64,000 bases of DNA, from positions 2,432,001 through 2,496,000 of the forward strand of contig OY762069.1 of assembly GCA_963665095.1 (NCBI GenBank), given 5' to 3'. Under the pieces are notes generated by a model. That model did not search any database, was not told the origin of the DNA, and saw nothing but the letters and a program-made list of their open reading frames with translations. Below, piece by piece: positions 29,837 to 38,337 of this stretch. This stretch comes from an uncultured Desulfobacter sp. (GTDB lineage Bacteria > Desulfobacterota > Desulfobacteria > Desulfobacterales > Desulfobacteraceae). Every line of letters starts with the position of its first letter. The first letter of the stretch is position 1. The translations under genes and the position numbers were made by a program.

Positions 29837-30240
29837 TTTTGTTGCTAAAAAAGTAAGCGTATTGTAAGCAGTAGATTTTTTTTATTCTTGGCTGAATGCT
29901 TTGATTTTTATCCTTTCAGCATCCGCCACCGCCAGAAAACAGAAAATCCTGGCTGCACCATGGGTATGGTCAGTCTTATTATTCAGATGCCAACTCAGCC
30001 CATTACAGGTTCGCAGTGCGGACTTCCGTGCGAACCAACCCCGTTGGAATCTGTTGCATCTTGTAATTGGCTCAGGCTGGGGGCCGGCAATCATCCTAAA
30101 GTATGAGAGGAAGCACGATAATCAATGGAGCGACAATCAGGATAAATCAGGGAAAGGCATAACTGTATTTTCAATGATTAGCAGATGTCGCTGCGCTCCG
30201 ACTGATTTTATTGGGTTTTTTAAGGCATGAGCAGGAAAGC

Positions 30241-30298
30241 TTGAATAATACAGAAAGGGGAAGCAGGTCAACCCCGCTTCCCCCGGCGCATTATTCAA
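30241..30298 (-). terminator. Hairpin at 3' end of the transposon operon
   Basis: ttgaataat/attattcaa outer and ggggaagc/gcttcccc inner stems. Confidence 0.5.
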
Positions 30299-30300
30299 TG

Positions 30301-30543
30301 CTACCTGCTTTTGGCTATCCCTTGCCGGGTTTCCTCCCCAGGATGTCCCGGCTCCGTTTCACCAAAACCATAAAATTCATTTTCTCTTTGTTCCTCTTGT
30401 TTGATCTCCAGCAATTCTGTCAAAAGATGATTTTCCGAGTTTATTTTTTTTAAACTGACAAGGATCAACTCCATGACCAGATTGCCCAGCTCGTCGACAA
30501 TTTCAGCCATTGTTTTTTCAAGTTGTGTTTCATTGATTGTCAT
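30301..30543 (-). CDS. Small hypothetical protein of the transposon
   Basis: 80 aa, GAGG RBS, 11 bp downstream of the ATPase. Confidence 0.6.
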   Translation of the reverse strand: MTINETQLEKTMAEIVDELGNLVMELILVSLKKINSENHLLTELLEIKQEEQRENEFYGFGETEPGHPGEETRQGIAKSR

Positions 30544-30554
30544 TTTTATACCTC

Positions 30555-31379
30555 TTATCTGGTTGGCGACGGTTTCAGTGAAAAAAGCTCTATGAAAAGT
30601 TTCTCATCCAGTTGCGGCAGCTCTCTTTGAACGCCCACTTCAAGCAGTTCTGCCGACATATTATTGAGGACCCGTAAGTTTCCTGTACAGTGCTCTACCA
30701 AAGCGGTGATTAAAGGTTTTGTCATGAGTTGAGGAGCTCCGGCCTGATTTAGGCAATGCGCTATATAATCCAACAATTCTTCCCGGGTATAAGGATCCAA
30801 TTTTAACCGGAACCGGAGTCGACTCCCCAGGGCTACCAATGCACTGGTTCTGAACCGTTCCGGCAGCCGGGTATCACCACAGATAATGGTGGTCAATAAA
30901 TTCTGGGAGTCAAAATCCATACTGTTGAGCAACCGAAGCTCATTCAGGCATCCGGTAAGCATTTCCTGAGCCTCATCAATGAGCAGGACGGGTCTGAACA
31001 GGGTTGTTTTAATATGATTTTTCCATCGTTGCCGCAGATCTTTGAACCCTCCGTAACGGTTGGCCGGACTCAAATTGACACCAAACAGTGTCCCCATTTC
31101 CCGATAGAAATCGGCCACGCTGCTTTGGGGGCGCTCCATAACGCCGACAACGACTTCATCAAGCTTGCCAAGCTGATGGGCAATCGCCTGTAGTGTCTTG
31201 GATTTGCCAAGACCGGGTTCACCGGCGATTAATGCAAATCCACCGTTCATGGTCATATTTTCAAGGCGTGTAATAAATGCCTCCATCCGGGGTGGATGCC
31301 ATAATGAGTCCACAGGAATATTTGGTAAAAAAGGATTGTACTTCAATCCATAATAAGCCAATAATCGTTTGCTGTTCAT
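30555..31379 (-). CDS. ExeA/MuB-like AAA ATPase (transposition helper)
   Basis: YYGLKYNPF, Walker A GEPGLGKS, Walker B LLIDEAQ, GNLRVLNN; TGATG overlap with the transposase. Confidence 0.88.
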   Translation of the reverse strand: MNSKRLLAYYGLKYNPFLPNIPVDSLWHPPRMEAFITRLENMTMNGGFALIAGEPGLGKSKTLQAIAHQLGKLDEVVVGVMERPQSSVADFYREMGTLFGVNLSPANRYGGFKDLRQRWKNHIKTTLFRPVLLIDEAQEMLTGCLNELRLLNSMDFDSQNLLTTIICGDTRLPERFRTSALVALGSRLRFRLKLDPYTREELLDYIAHCLNQAGAPQLMTKPLITALVEHCTGNLRVLNNMSAELLEVGVQRELPQLDEKLFIELFSLKPSPTR

Positions 31380-32824
31380 CACTTTTCCTCCATTGGCAAG
31401 TAGGCACAAGGCATTCCGGTTGCTGCATAATCGGACAAGAGCTTTTTAAGCAGGGCCGGTTCTGATCCGGACAGGGTTTCATGGCCAGGGTTAATTTCAT
31501 CCGGAGTGGATTTGATACGACGGATTGCTGAAGCATTCTTTGTCTTGTCCTGGGGATAAATTGCGGCAAGCTTATTTCCGGTTCGTTTATCTATCAGCCA
31601 GGCAACCGATTTATCCCAGGAGCAAAAACAGACATGAAGACGCTGGATATGATTAAACCGTGAAGGGATTTCAAACCGGATGCCCATCAAAGAGATGGTA
31701 CCATCGGACAGACGCTGTTTTCTGGATTCACAGGCTGTAAACGAAAATTGAAGCTGTTCAGGTTCCGGTGCAGGACGTGACACATCCTTGCCGTCAAGGG
31801 CGCATTGCAATGGCGACATATGAATTTCATCATGGGTTGACTTGTTGTATTCCATCTCGATCCAGGCCTGGGAGACCTGATTTAAATATACCAGGGTCAA
31901 AGAATCCATCCGGCTCAGCATGGCGATCAAACGGCCTTCAAGTGTACCCCAAAAGGCTTCCTGCTTCCCATTTTGATAGGGCGAGTATGGCAACGTGGTC
32001 TCATGACTGACGCCCAATCGTTTAAGTCCGTTGCCGGTTTCATGAGCAATCATGGCAGAACCATTATCTGTCATCAAGGCTCTGGGAAGCCCTCTTTTGT
32101 AAAACGCCTGGGACAAGCCGTGGATCAAAACCTCTGCCGTTTCATTCAAATACCATTGAATATGACAACACAGACGGGAGCGATCATCAAGAATGCACAA
32201 TGCCTTGGGCGTATGCCACTGACCTTTTTCGTCCACCACGCGCCTGCTGCATTCGTGAAAGTCCAGATGCCATAATTCATGGATGTTTTCGGTTTCATAA
32301 CTACGGACTTCATACGTTTCTAATCGCTTAAAAGCTGATTTCTGTCCGGATGTTTGATTTTTGTTCTTGGAAGCCTTTTTTCTCCAACCCCGTTCAACCA
32401 TACGCCTTCTCACACTTGCATAGGACGGCGGATTCTCACACAGGCCCTGTTCAGCGATTTCAGCTGCCAGGTTGTCGCAATGAAGCTGATAGCTCCATTG
32501 CGGATAAGTGTTGTACTGGACACCAAGAAGGCGGATCAATTCAGCATTCAATGCTGTGGATTTGCCCATATCTGAACGAACTTTACGGCCCAGAGCCAGA
32601 ATTGGGTCCTGGCAATTTTTTGCCCTGTAATACCAGGCCTCAATTGTGGAAAAATGAAAACAGGTCGGTTTGTTCGTCACAGGATGAGAATAGATTTGAC
32701 CTGCGAGCCGGGTCAGTTCATTTTGCAACTCTCCCTTTGCCGGAGGGCGTGCCAGTAAACCGCCGATAACCGAAAAGCGAAATAATGCCCACAGGTCTGC
32801 CGGGTGCTGTGTTTTACCACTCAT
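31379..32824 (-). CDS. DDE (rve) transposase with Mu-transposase-like C-terminus
   Basis: LWHLDF, LDDRSR, LMTDNGS, NGKQEAFW catalytic motifs; DGTISL..RFEIP. Confidence 0.92.
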   Translation of the reverse strand: MSGKTQHPADLWALFRFSVIGGLLARPPAKGELQNELTRLAGQIYSHPVTNKPTCFHFSTIEAWYYRAKNCQDPILALGRKVRSDMGKSTALNAELIRLLGVQYNTYPQWSYQLHCDNLAAEIAEQGLCENPPSYASVRRRMVERGWRKKASKNKNQTSGQKSAFKRLETYEVRSYETENIHELWHLDFHECSRRVVDEKGQWHTPKALCILDDRSRLCCHIQWYLNETAEVLIHGLSQAFYKRGLPRALMTDNGSAMIAHETGNGLKRLGVSHETTLPYSPYQNGKQEAFWGTLEGRLIAMLSRMDSLTLVYLNQVSQAWIEMEYNKSTHDEIHMSPLQCALDGKDVSRPAPEPEQLQFSFTACESRKQRLSDGTISLMGIRFEIPSRFNHIQRLHVCFCSWDKSVAWLIDKRTGNKLAAIYPQDKTKNASAIRRIKSTPDEINPGHETLSGSEPALLKKLLSDYAATGMPCAYLPMEEK

Positions 32825-32930
32825 AAATCAGGCTCCTTTTTAATTTCAGGTTAAAATTTCGGATCAACGTCTGAAATCAGGTGGTAAAACAGCCTGCATA
32901 TATTTGTCTATGTTCATCCTCTGCGCGAGA

Positions 32931-33506
32931 TTATCCGGCCCTGATTTTGGACCCGCCTGATAAGATTATCAGGCTTGATACAAGTGCGTTTTCGGCGTTG
33001 GATTTCACCGCCCGGCAATAATTGATGAAACTTGACGGCAGACGGCTGTTACTGACACCAGCGGATATCTGCCCCCGAAGCCTTCGCCAGGTTCGGCTCA
33101 CTGGAAATGTATCCTGAAAAAAGGCAAGCCAGCGGTTTATTGTGTTCCGGCTAATGCCAGTTCGTATGGACAAATCATAAACGGTGATTTTTTCATTGGT
33201 ATTTTGCCAGTCTGTTAAAACACACAGAATAACTGCAAACCAGTAGACTTTTCTCCCCAGAAAACGGCAGGACGGCGGCATCAATCTTTTGCGACACCCT
33301 TCGGTTCCACAACATAGGCTGAACTGAATAAAGAATTCCTCCGGCACGCCCTCAGGCTCTCCCCGGGGCTTGCGCATGTAATTGCTGAAATATAAGGGGC
33401 CTCCACAATGCGGACAAGGCAACTGTCTGTACTGTTTTGCTGTATTTTTATCGATTTCGTAAAGATGGAAAAAAAGATTTTTGTTTTTAATAAGTTCTGA
33501 TAGCAT
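32931..33506 (-). CDS. Zn-ribbon + HTH protein of the transposon (DUF6431-like)
   Basis: CPHCGG, CC...GCRKR, ISRNTINRW HTH-like segment. Confidence 0.7.
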   Translation of the reverse strand: MLSELIKNKNLFFHLYEIDKNTAKQYRQLPCPHCGGPLYFSNYMRKPRGEPEGVPEEFFIQFSLCCGTEGCRKRLMPPSCRFLGRKVYWFAVILCVLTDWQNTNEKITVYDLSIRTGISRNTINRWLAFFQDTFPVSRTWRRLRGQISAGVSNSRLPSSFINYCRAVKSNAENALVSSLIILSGGSKIRAG

Positions 33507-33664
33507 ATCTCCTGCCCTGTTAGGGTAATAGGGGCAGAAGTTCCATTGATTATTTGCGAGATAAACGGGGGAGCTTCTGCCTCATCCCTGGCATATCTTG
33601 CAAATTATCTTTAATTTTTCCATGATTTTTTGTGATCATTCTCAGTATATAAAGAAGATGGGTG

Positions 33665-33778
33665 CGTTATTTCGGTGCGCTCTGACCTGGCGTCCATGAC
33701 TTTTTGGATGGCCTTTGCAATTTCAGGTTTTCTCAGGTTTTCAAAACCAATTTGCCCCGCCCTTTTTGGAGCATACCC
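33665..33778 (-). pseudogene. Phage terminase small subunit fragment
   Basis: Reads GYAPKRAGQIGFENLRKPEIAKAIQKVMDARSERTEIT, the Terminase_2 core; no start or C-terminus. Confidence 0.75.
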
Positions 33779-34320
33779 GTCTGTGAAGATAATTTTTTTT
33801 GCCCTGTTATATTTCCCCTGAGCGCCGGATTCAAGTTTATCCGGTATTAAATGTACTTTTCAGCATAAAGGCTCGACTACATCATATTGTGGTTGAGGAT
33901 TTTTTCAAGAAAGTGGCTATCATATCTGTAGTTTATATTTATCACAAATTTTTAAAAGATGGCTTAAACTCATTATCACTTCATCACTTCTTAAAATATT
34001 TTTGATTATGATTGAGCCATTAACTCATTAATCCTATTTTAATTAGGTTCTGTTTTCAGATTCACTATGAAAACTATCGCTTAATTTTTGCGTCTGTACT
34101 TTCGTATTCGCAAGCCCTTGCCGTTCGACCTGACACCTCCCCTAAAAGCGATTCTATCATCCGATATGTCATCAGCTAAAGGATCTCATCGTGGAAATAC
34201 TGAATCAGAATATCCCGTCAGATTTTATAACCCTCTAAATACGCATTTCTACCAATATATTTTTCCCGGAAAAACAAATAAAATGATTGTCAAGCAATTT
34301 AACTTTATGGAGGTTTCAAG

Positions 34321-34929
34321 ATGGAAAAAGTAAAATTTAATTTAATAACGGCATTCTTTTTATTGTTATTTGTTTTTACAGGAGTATCTAATAGTACGAC
34401 TATGTTAGGCGAGGAAAACGACGTTGTCAATTCTACTTGGACTTTCCACGATATAAGTTCCGGCCTATACTATCAGAGTTTTATAAGCGCCTACAATAAC
34501 ATAGTTGGAGCAAGTTTTTTTCTTTCCGACCGGGAAGGTGACACTAATGGCGAGGTGACGATATCTCTGTACGATACAATCGGTAATACAGCAATTGCGT
34601 CTGGTACAGTAACAGCCAGTGAGAACACATGGGCCGAGGTAAGCTTTTCTCTCACAGCTTTAACTGTAGGCACTGAATACTATTTATTAGTCCAGTCCGA
34701 CTCTTCATTTTATTCAAACTACTCTAACGGCGATGCTTATGCAAACGGCACGATATATAATTCTTCCGGAGGCGTATGGGAATCGGGCGAGTCTCCACGT
34801 TTAGACATGACATTTAGGACATATTACGACGATGGATATGATGGTGGACAAGTTCCAGAACCAGCAACAGCATTCCTTATTGGTATGGGCTTAATAGTGC
34901 TTGCAGGAGTTGGCCGAAAAGATAAATAG
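34321..34929 (+). CDS. PEP-CTERM sorting domain protein
   Basis: Signal peptide; C-terminal VPEPATAFLIGMGLIVLAGVGRKDK. Confidence 0.92.
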   Translation: MEKVKFNLITAFFLLLFVFTGVSNSTTMLGEENDVVNSTWTFHDISSGLYYQSFISAYNNIVGASFFLSDREGDTNGEVTISLYDTIGNTAIASGTVTASENTWAEVSFSLTALTVGTEYYLLVQSDSSFYSNYSNGDAYANGTIYNSSGGVWESGESPRLDMTFRTYYDDGYDGGQVPEPATAFLIGMGLIVLAGVGRKDK

Positions 34930-34953
34930 ATTAACATTAAAAACATCTCCAAA

Positions 34954-34974
34954 GGAGGGTTGAAAATACCCTCC
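34954..34974 (+). terminator. Hairpin after the PEP-CTERM gene
   Basis: ggagggt...accctcc stem. Confidence 0.5.
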
Positions 34975-35515
34975 AATGAAAAACAAGAATCAATATGTTA
35001 TAATCCTAACTAAGGAAGCATACCTAAAATTCTTTGTTAATAACCGGAACATTAATGGTTGCGGGTATCGTACAAAAAAAGCCTGCAAAGGAAAACGCAT
35101 TAAATCAAAGGCCAATTAAGGCGCTTACAGCAATAACAACTTTTTTGAGAGCAGGGTGACCAACATAACATTTATTTCTCAGGGTCTGATTCCTATAAAT
35201 CTGAATTTTTCCTAAGAACGGACTTGGTATGAAGGAACCCTTTTTCCCGAATTATCAGACCACCAGATATTGTGTCTACCCGGAAACGCCACCAGTAAAT
35301 TTAATATATTATTATCCTCGATCAATAGAATAGAGACGTGCACAATATGTTGTTCCCAGCACCAATCTCCGAAAAGTGAGCCTTGAAATAGACATAAGGC
35401 TCGCTCATTATCCAAATCAAAAACCCCGGAAAAACACGCAATCTCAAAGTGTTGAATATTAATAATAGTCTGGGGTTTTATACCCTACATTTTGGGGATT
35501 TCGTTTTTGGCATAG

Positions 35516-35558
35516 TCCTCACTTCACACTGAAGATTCATTTCTGTGAAGGATGAGGA
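35516..35558 (-). terminator. Hairpin downstream of brxA
   Basis: tcctca-cttcaca ... tgtgaag-gatgagga. Confidence 0.45.
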
Positions 35559-35578
35559 AATAGTGTGAAACAGGAACA

Positions 35579-36334
35579 CTAAACTTTTAATTTCAAAAGC
35601 TCATCATCAAGACCATAATGAGCGACATTTATTCGGTCACTGTTTTGTGTAATATAGTCAGCGGTTAATAAAGGGGCCTGGAATGGAAAAAAACCAGGAT
35701 TATAAATTAATCCTCCCAATGCACTTTTCCCTTCCGGTAAAGCATGTAATGCCGACTCAAATAATAGAATAGCAACATTGGGGTCATTAATGATGTTGTT
35801 ATCAGTTTTTTCATAACACCCTTTTGTATTGGAATCTTTAAGGACATTCCAGGAAACGAAGGACCGTACTGTATAACGGGCAACTCTGGCAACTGTTTCC
35901 CGGTCACCGTATTGTTCTTTCAATCGATCAAAAATTTGCCGTTGCGTTACCTTATCCTGGAGACTTAAAATCCGGCCGACTTGTTTGGCGACACTAAACC
36001 AGAAGGGATATGAAGCGGATATTACGGCCCAGTGAAGCGGAAGCCACTCTGAGGGTTGGGTTGAAGATGCTAAATTCAAAGCGGATTCACAGAACGGCAC
36101 AAGTTCTTTTTCTTTGGGGAACCATGAACCAAGTATTCCAATAGCCTTTTTTTTTGTTTCCTCGCTTCGTTTACCGGTTCCACCTTTGGTCCCCTGGTCC
36201 GTAAGGTATTGATCCAGGTCTTTCCGGATCTCTGATTCAGACATGCCGGCAAGCAGCATCTGCACGACACGGTCCATCCATTCAATTTGGATGATCTGTT
36301 TTATTCCCAATTTTTCATGTCTTCCGATTGTCAT
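35579..36334 (-). CDS. brxA: BREX type III BrxA-like protein
   Basis: Last gene of the operon, ATGA overlap with pglZ; LHWAVISASYPF...QYGDRETV..ARY..RSF.SW pattern. Confidence 0.72.
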   Translation of the reverse strand: MTIGRHEKLGIKQIIQIEWMDRVVQMLLAGMSESEIRKDLDQYLTDQGTKGGTGKRSEETKKKAIGILGSWFPKEKELVPFCESALNLASSTQPSEWLPLHWAVISASYPFWFSVAKQVGRILSLQDKVTQRQIFDRLKEQYGDRETVARVARYTVRSFVSWNVLKDSNTKGCYEKTDNNIINDPNVAILLFESALHALPEGKSALGGLIYNPGFFPFQAPLLTADYITQNSDRINVAHYGLDDELLKLKV

Positions 36335-38337
36335 CGTGTTCTCCTTTTGAAATTCACCAACGGCACGATGACTTCCTCTATAGAAACGCCTCCATGACCG
36401 ACTACTGTACTTCCTTGGTGCGTAAATGCATCTTTATCACCAGCGACAAGTGGGAAATAATCCGCAGGCAGGCCAATAGGTTTCCACACTTGTGCAAAAT
36501 CAAATTGGTCTGCTATCTGGGATCTTAGTTCTTCAGACGGATAGATACGAACTCTTTCTCCTCTTGTTTCTGCAATGACACCTTCTGATGGGTTGCCCTT
36601 CCCGGTACACTCGATATTTCCATGGTCAGATGTCATCCAGACATCGTATCCATTGTTCAACAAAAAATTTATTAATGACTGAAGAAACCCTTTCCGGCAC
36701 CATTGCCTGATCTGGTTATGCATCCCCGCTGATCCAAGCTGCATACCATGCATTATTTTGTCTATTTTATCAATTACAAGCCCGACGGCTTTAGTTTTTC
36801 CCGGGTTAAATATAGAGTCCATTACATTTTCAACATCACCATCGCTCAACCCTCGCGCATATGAAATATCCAGCCGGGATACATTGTGATTTTCCCAAAA
36901 CTGCTTCCATAATTTTCCCTCATTGTTGGTGGTTTTAATTGAGGAGGGAAAATAGTAAGGCGCTTTACCGGAAAAAATGGATTGTCGAGATACGGATGTC
37001 AATGTAGGTATCCAGGCAAAAACAGCAGATTCGTTTATCCACAGTTCGCTGTCATTACCTTTAAGGATTTGCCTGATGCTGATCCATTGATCAAGTGAAA
37101 GACCATCAACAACAATCAATGCCAAAAGTGCGTCCTTAGATTGCTCCATCTCCATGGATAAGCGTCTTGGAATATGATGCAGCATGGCTGGGTTGATTGC
37201 CGGAAGACTCATTAAGTTGGAATAGTTTTCGTCCAACCACATTGAGAAAGATTTATTGATTTCATTCCCAATATCGATAAACTGAGACTGAATTTCATCA
37301 TCTTGATTATGGACCCGGTTATGAATGAGGCACGAGAGTTCAGCCCATTTTAAAGCATAGTCAGTCCATTTCGTATAAGAGGCTTCTTTGTTCGGAAAAG
37401 TATCTTTTAGAAGCTTAAACAAACCTGAAATACGGAAAGTGCCATCAGTATCATGTTTTTTGATGCCAACATGAATCCATGAGTCCGTATCCGTATCTAA
37501 TTCTATCTTTTCAACCGGGGTAAGTTTCCCTTCAAGGAAGAGATTGTCGATATAGACCTTAATATCCTGATGGTTAAACGGCAATAACTCCGGCCCTTCA
37601 TACGTCAAGTCAAATGCAGATCTGTTTTCTTCGATACCCTCTGTTTTAGAAATCTGATCTACAAATATTGGCCATCTCTCATCGAGAAACTTATAAAAAG
37701 CTTCTTCTTTAAATACGATTTCATCCAAATTCCATGTCTGAAACGCAGAATTCTTGTTCAGAAGATGTGCCAACCTTTCTGAAAGAATCTCAGGTAGTTG
37801 TAGTGTGCCGTAATGGATTCTTAAAAGAGTTCGCAAAAGAGCGGTGTCATCTACAATCGTATCCAATGGAATATTAAAAACATGATGCAGGATGAAATCC
37901 TTAGTTTTATTTTCTCCCATAACATCAAACGGCTTGCCTTGTTGAGCACTGAATAATGCATCCAGTAAGGAACGGTCCAAGGCTTCCACTATTGGGTAAC
38001 TGAAATTTGGGAATAAGTCCCCAAGAGTGAAAGCCAGTTTTCTTCCTGCCTGGAGCAGATCATATGGTAAAGAAGACAGCGCGGCTTTCGGTAATCTGAG
38101 GATAACCACCAAATCAGTATGTTCACCCCTGTCCCAGGCAGATCTGTATTTAGATTCATAGGCGTAACGAAATTCAATGGGATCTTCAAATTCTATAAGA
38201 TCAAACCCTTTTTGCCGTAATTTCAGTGCAAGCCTTTCTTCTGTCATCAGGCTGTCCGGATCTGCAACCAGGGTGAGATGACTTACATTCGGGATAAACT
38301 CTTCAAGAATTGAATTCCTCCAGTCTTTCAGTGTCAT
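36331..38337 (-). CDS. pglZ: BREX type III phosphatase/nuclease PglZ
   Basis: LIVVDGL, PTLTSVSRQ, TSDHG, HGG..IEEVIVP alkaline-phosphatase-superfamily motifs. Confidence 0.93.
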   Translation of the reverse strand: MTLKDWRNSILEEFIPNVSHLTLVADPDSLMTEERLALKLRQKGFDLIEFEDPIEFRYAYESKYRSAWDRGEHTDLVVILRLPKAALSSLPYDLLQAGRKLAFTLGDLFPNFSYPIVEALDRSLLDALFSAQQGKPFDVMGENKTKDFILHHVFNIPLDTIVDDTALLRTLLRIHYGTLQLPEILSERLAHLLNKNSAFQTWNLDEIVFKEEAFYKFLDERWPIFVDQISKTEGIEENRSAFDLTYEGPELLPFNHQDIKVYIDNLFLEGKLTPVEKIELDTDTDSWIHVGIKKHDTDGTFRISGLFKLLKDTFPNKEASYTKWTDYALKWAELSCLIHNRVHNQDDEIQSQFIDIGNEINKSFSMWLDENYSNLMSLPAINPAMLHHIPRRLSMEMEQSKDALLALIVVDGLSLDQWISIRQILKGNDSELWINESAVFAWIPTLTSVSRQSIFSGKAPYYFPSSIKTTNNEGKLWKQFWENHNVSRLDISYARGLSDGDVENVMDSIFNPGKTKAVGLVIDKIDKIMHGMQLGSAGMHNQIRQWCRKGFLQSLINFLLNNGYDVWMTSDHGNIECTGKGNPSEGVIAETRGERVRIYPSEELRSQIADQFDFAQVWKPIGLPADYFPLVAGDKDAFTHQGSTVVGHGGVSIEEVIVPLVNFKRRTR

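Larger units (their letters stand above)
30164..33649 (-). mobile_element. Four-ORF Mu/IS481-like DDE transposon with ExeA/MuB-like ATPase
   Basis: Co-oriented Zn-ribbon/HTH, DDE transposase, AAA ATPase and small ORF; tentative imperfect ends TGTATTTTCAATGATTA (30164) and TATACTGAGAATGATCA (33649, minus). Confidence 0.65.

Noticed and set aside
30555..32824. CRISPR-associated or Tn7 transposon
   Set aside because: No tnsA, recognisable tniQ/tnsD, cas genes or array.
33826..33850. Possible attR copy of the tRNA-Leu 3' end (ttcaagt...tccggta)
   Set aside because: Only two 7-bp patches with different spacing; equally explained by a local ccggat/atccgg hairpin.
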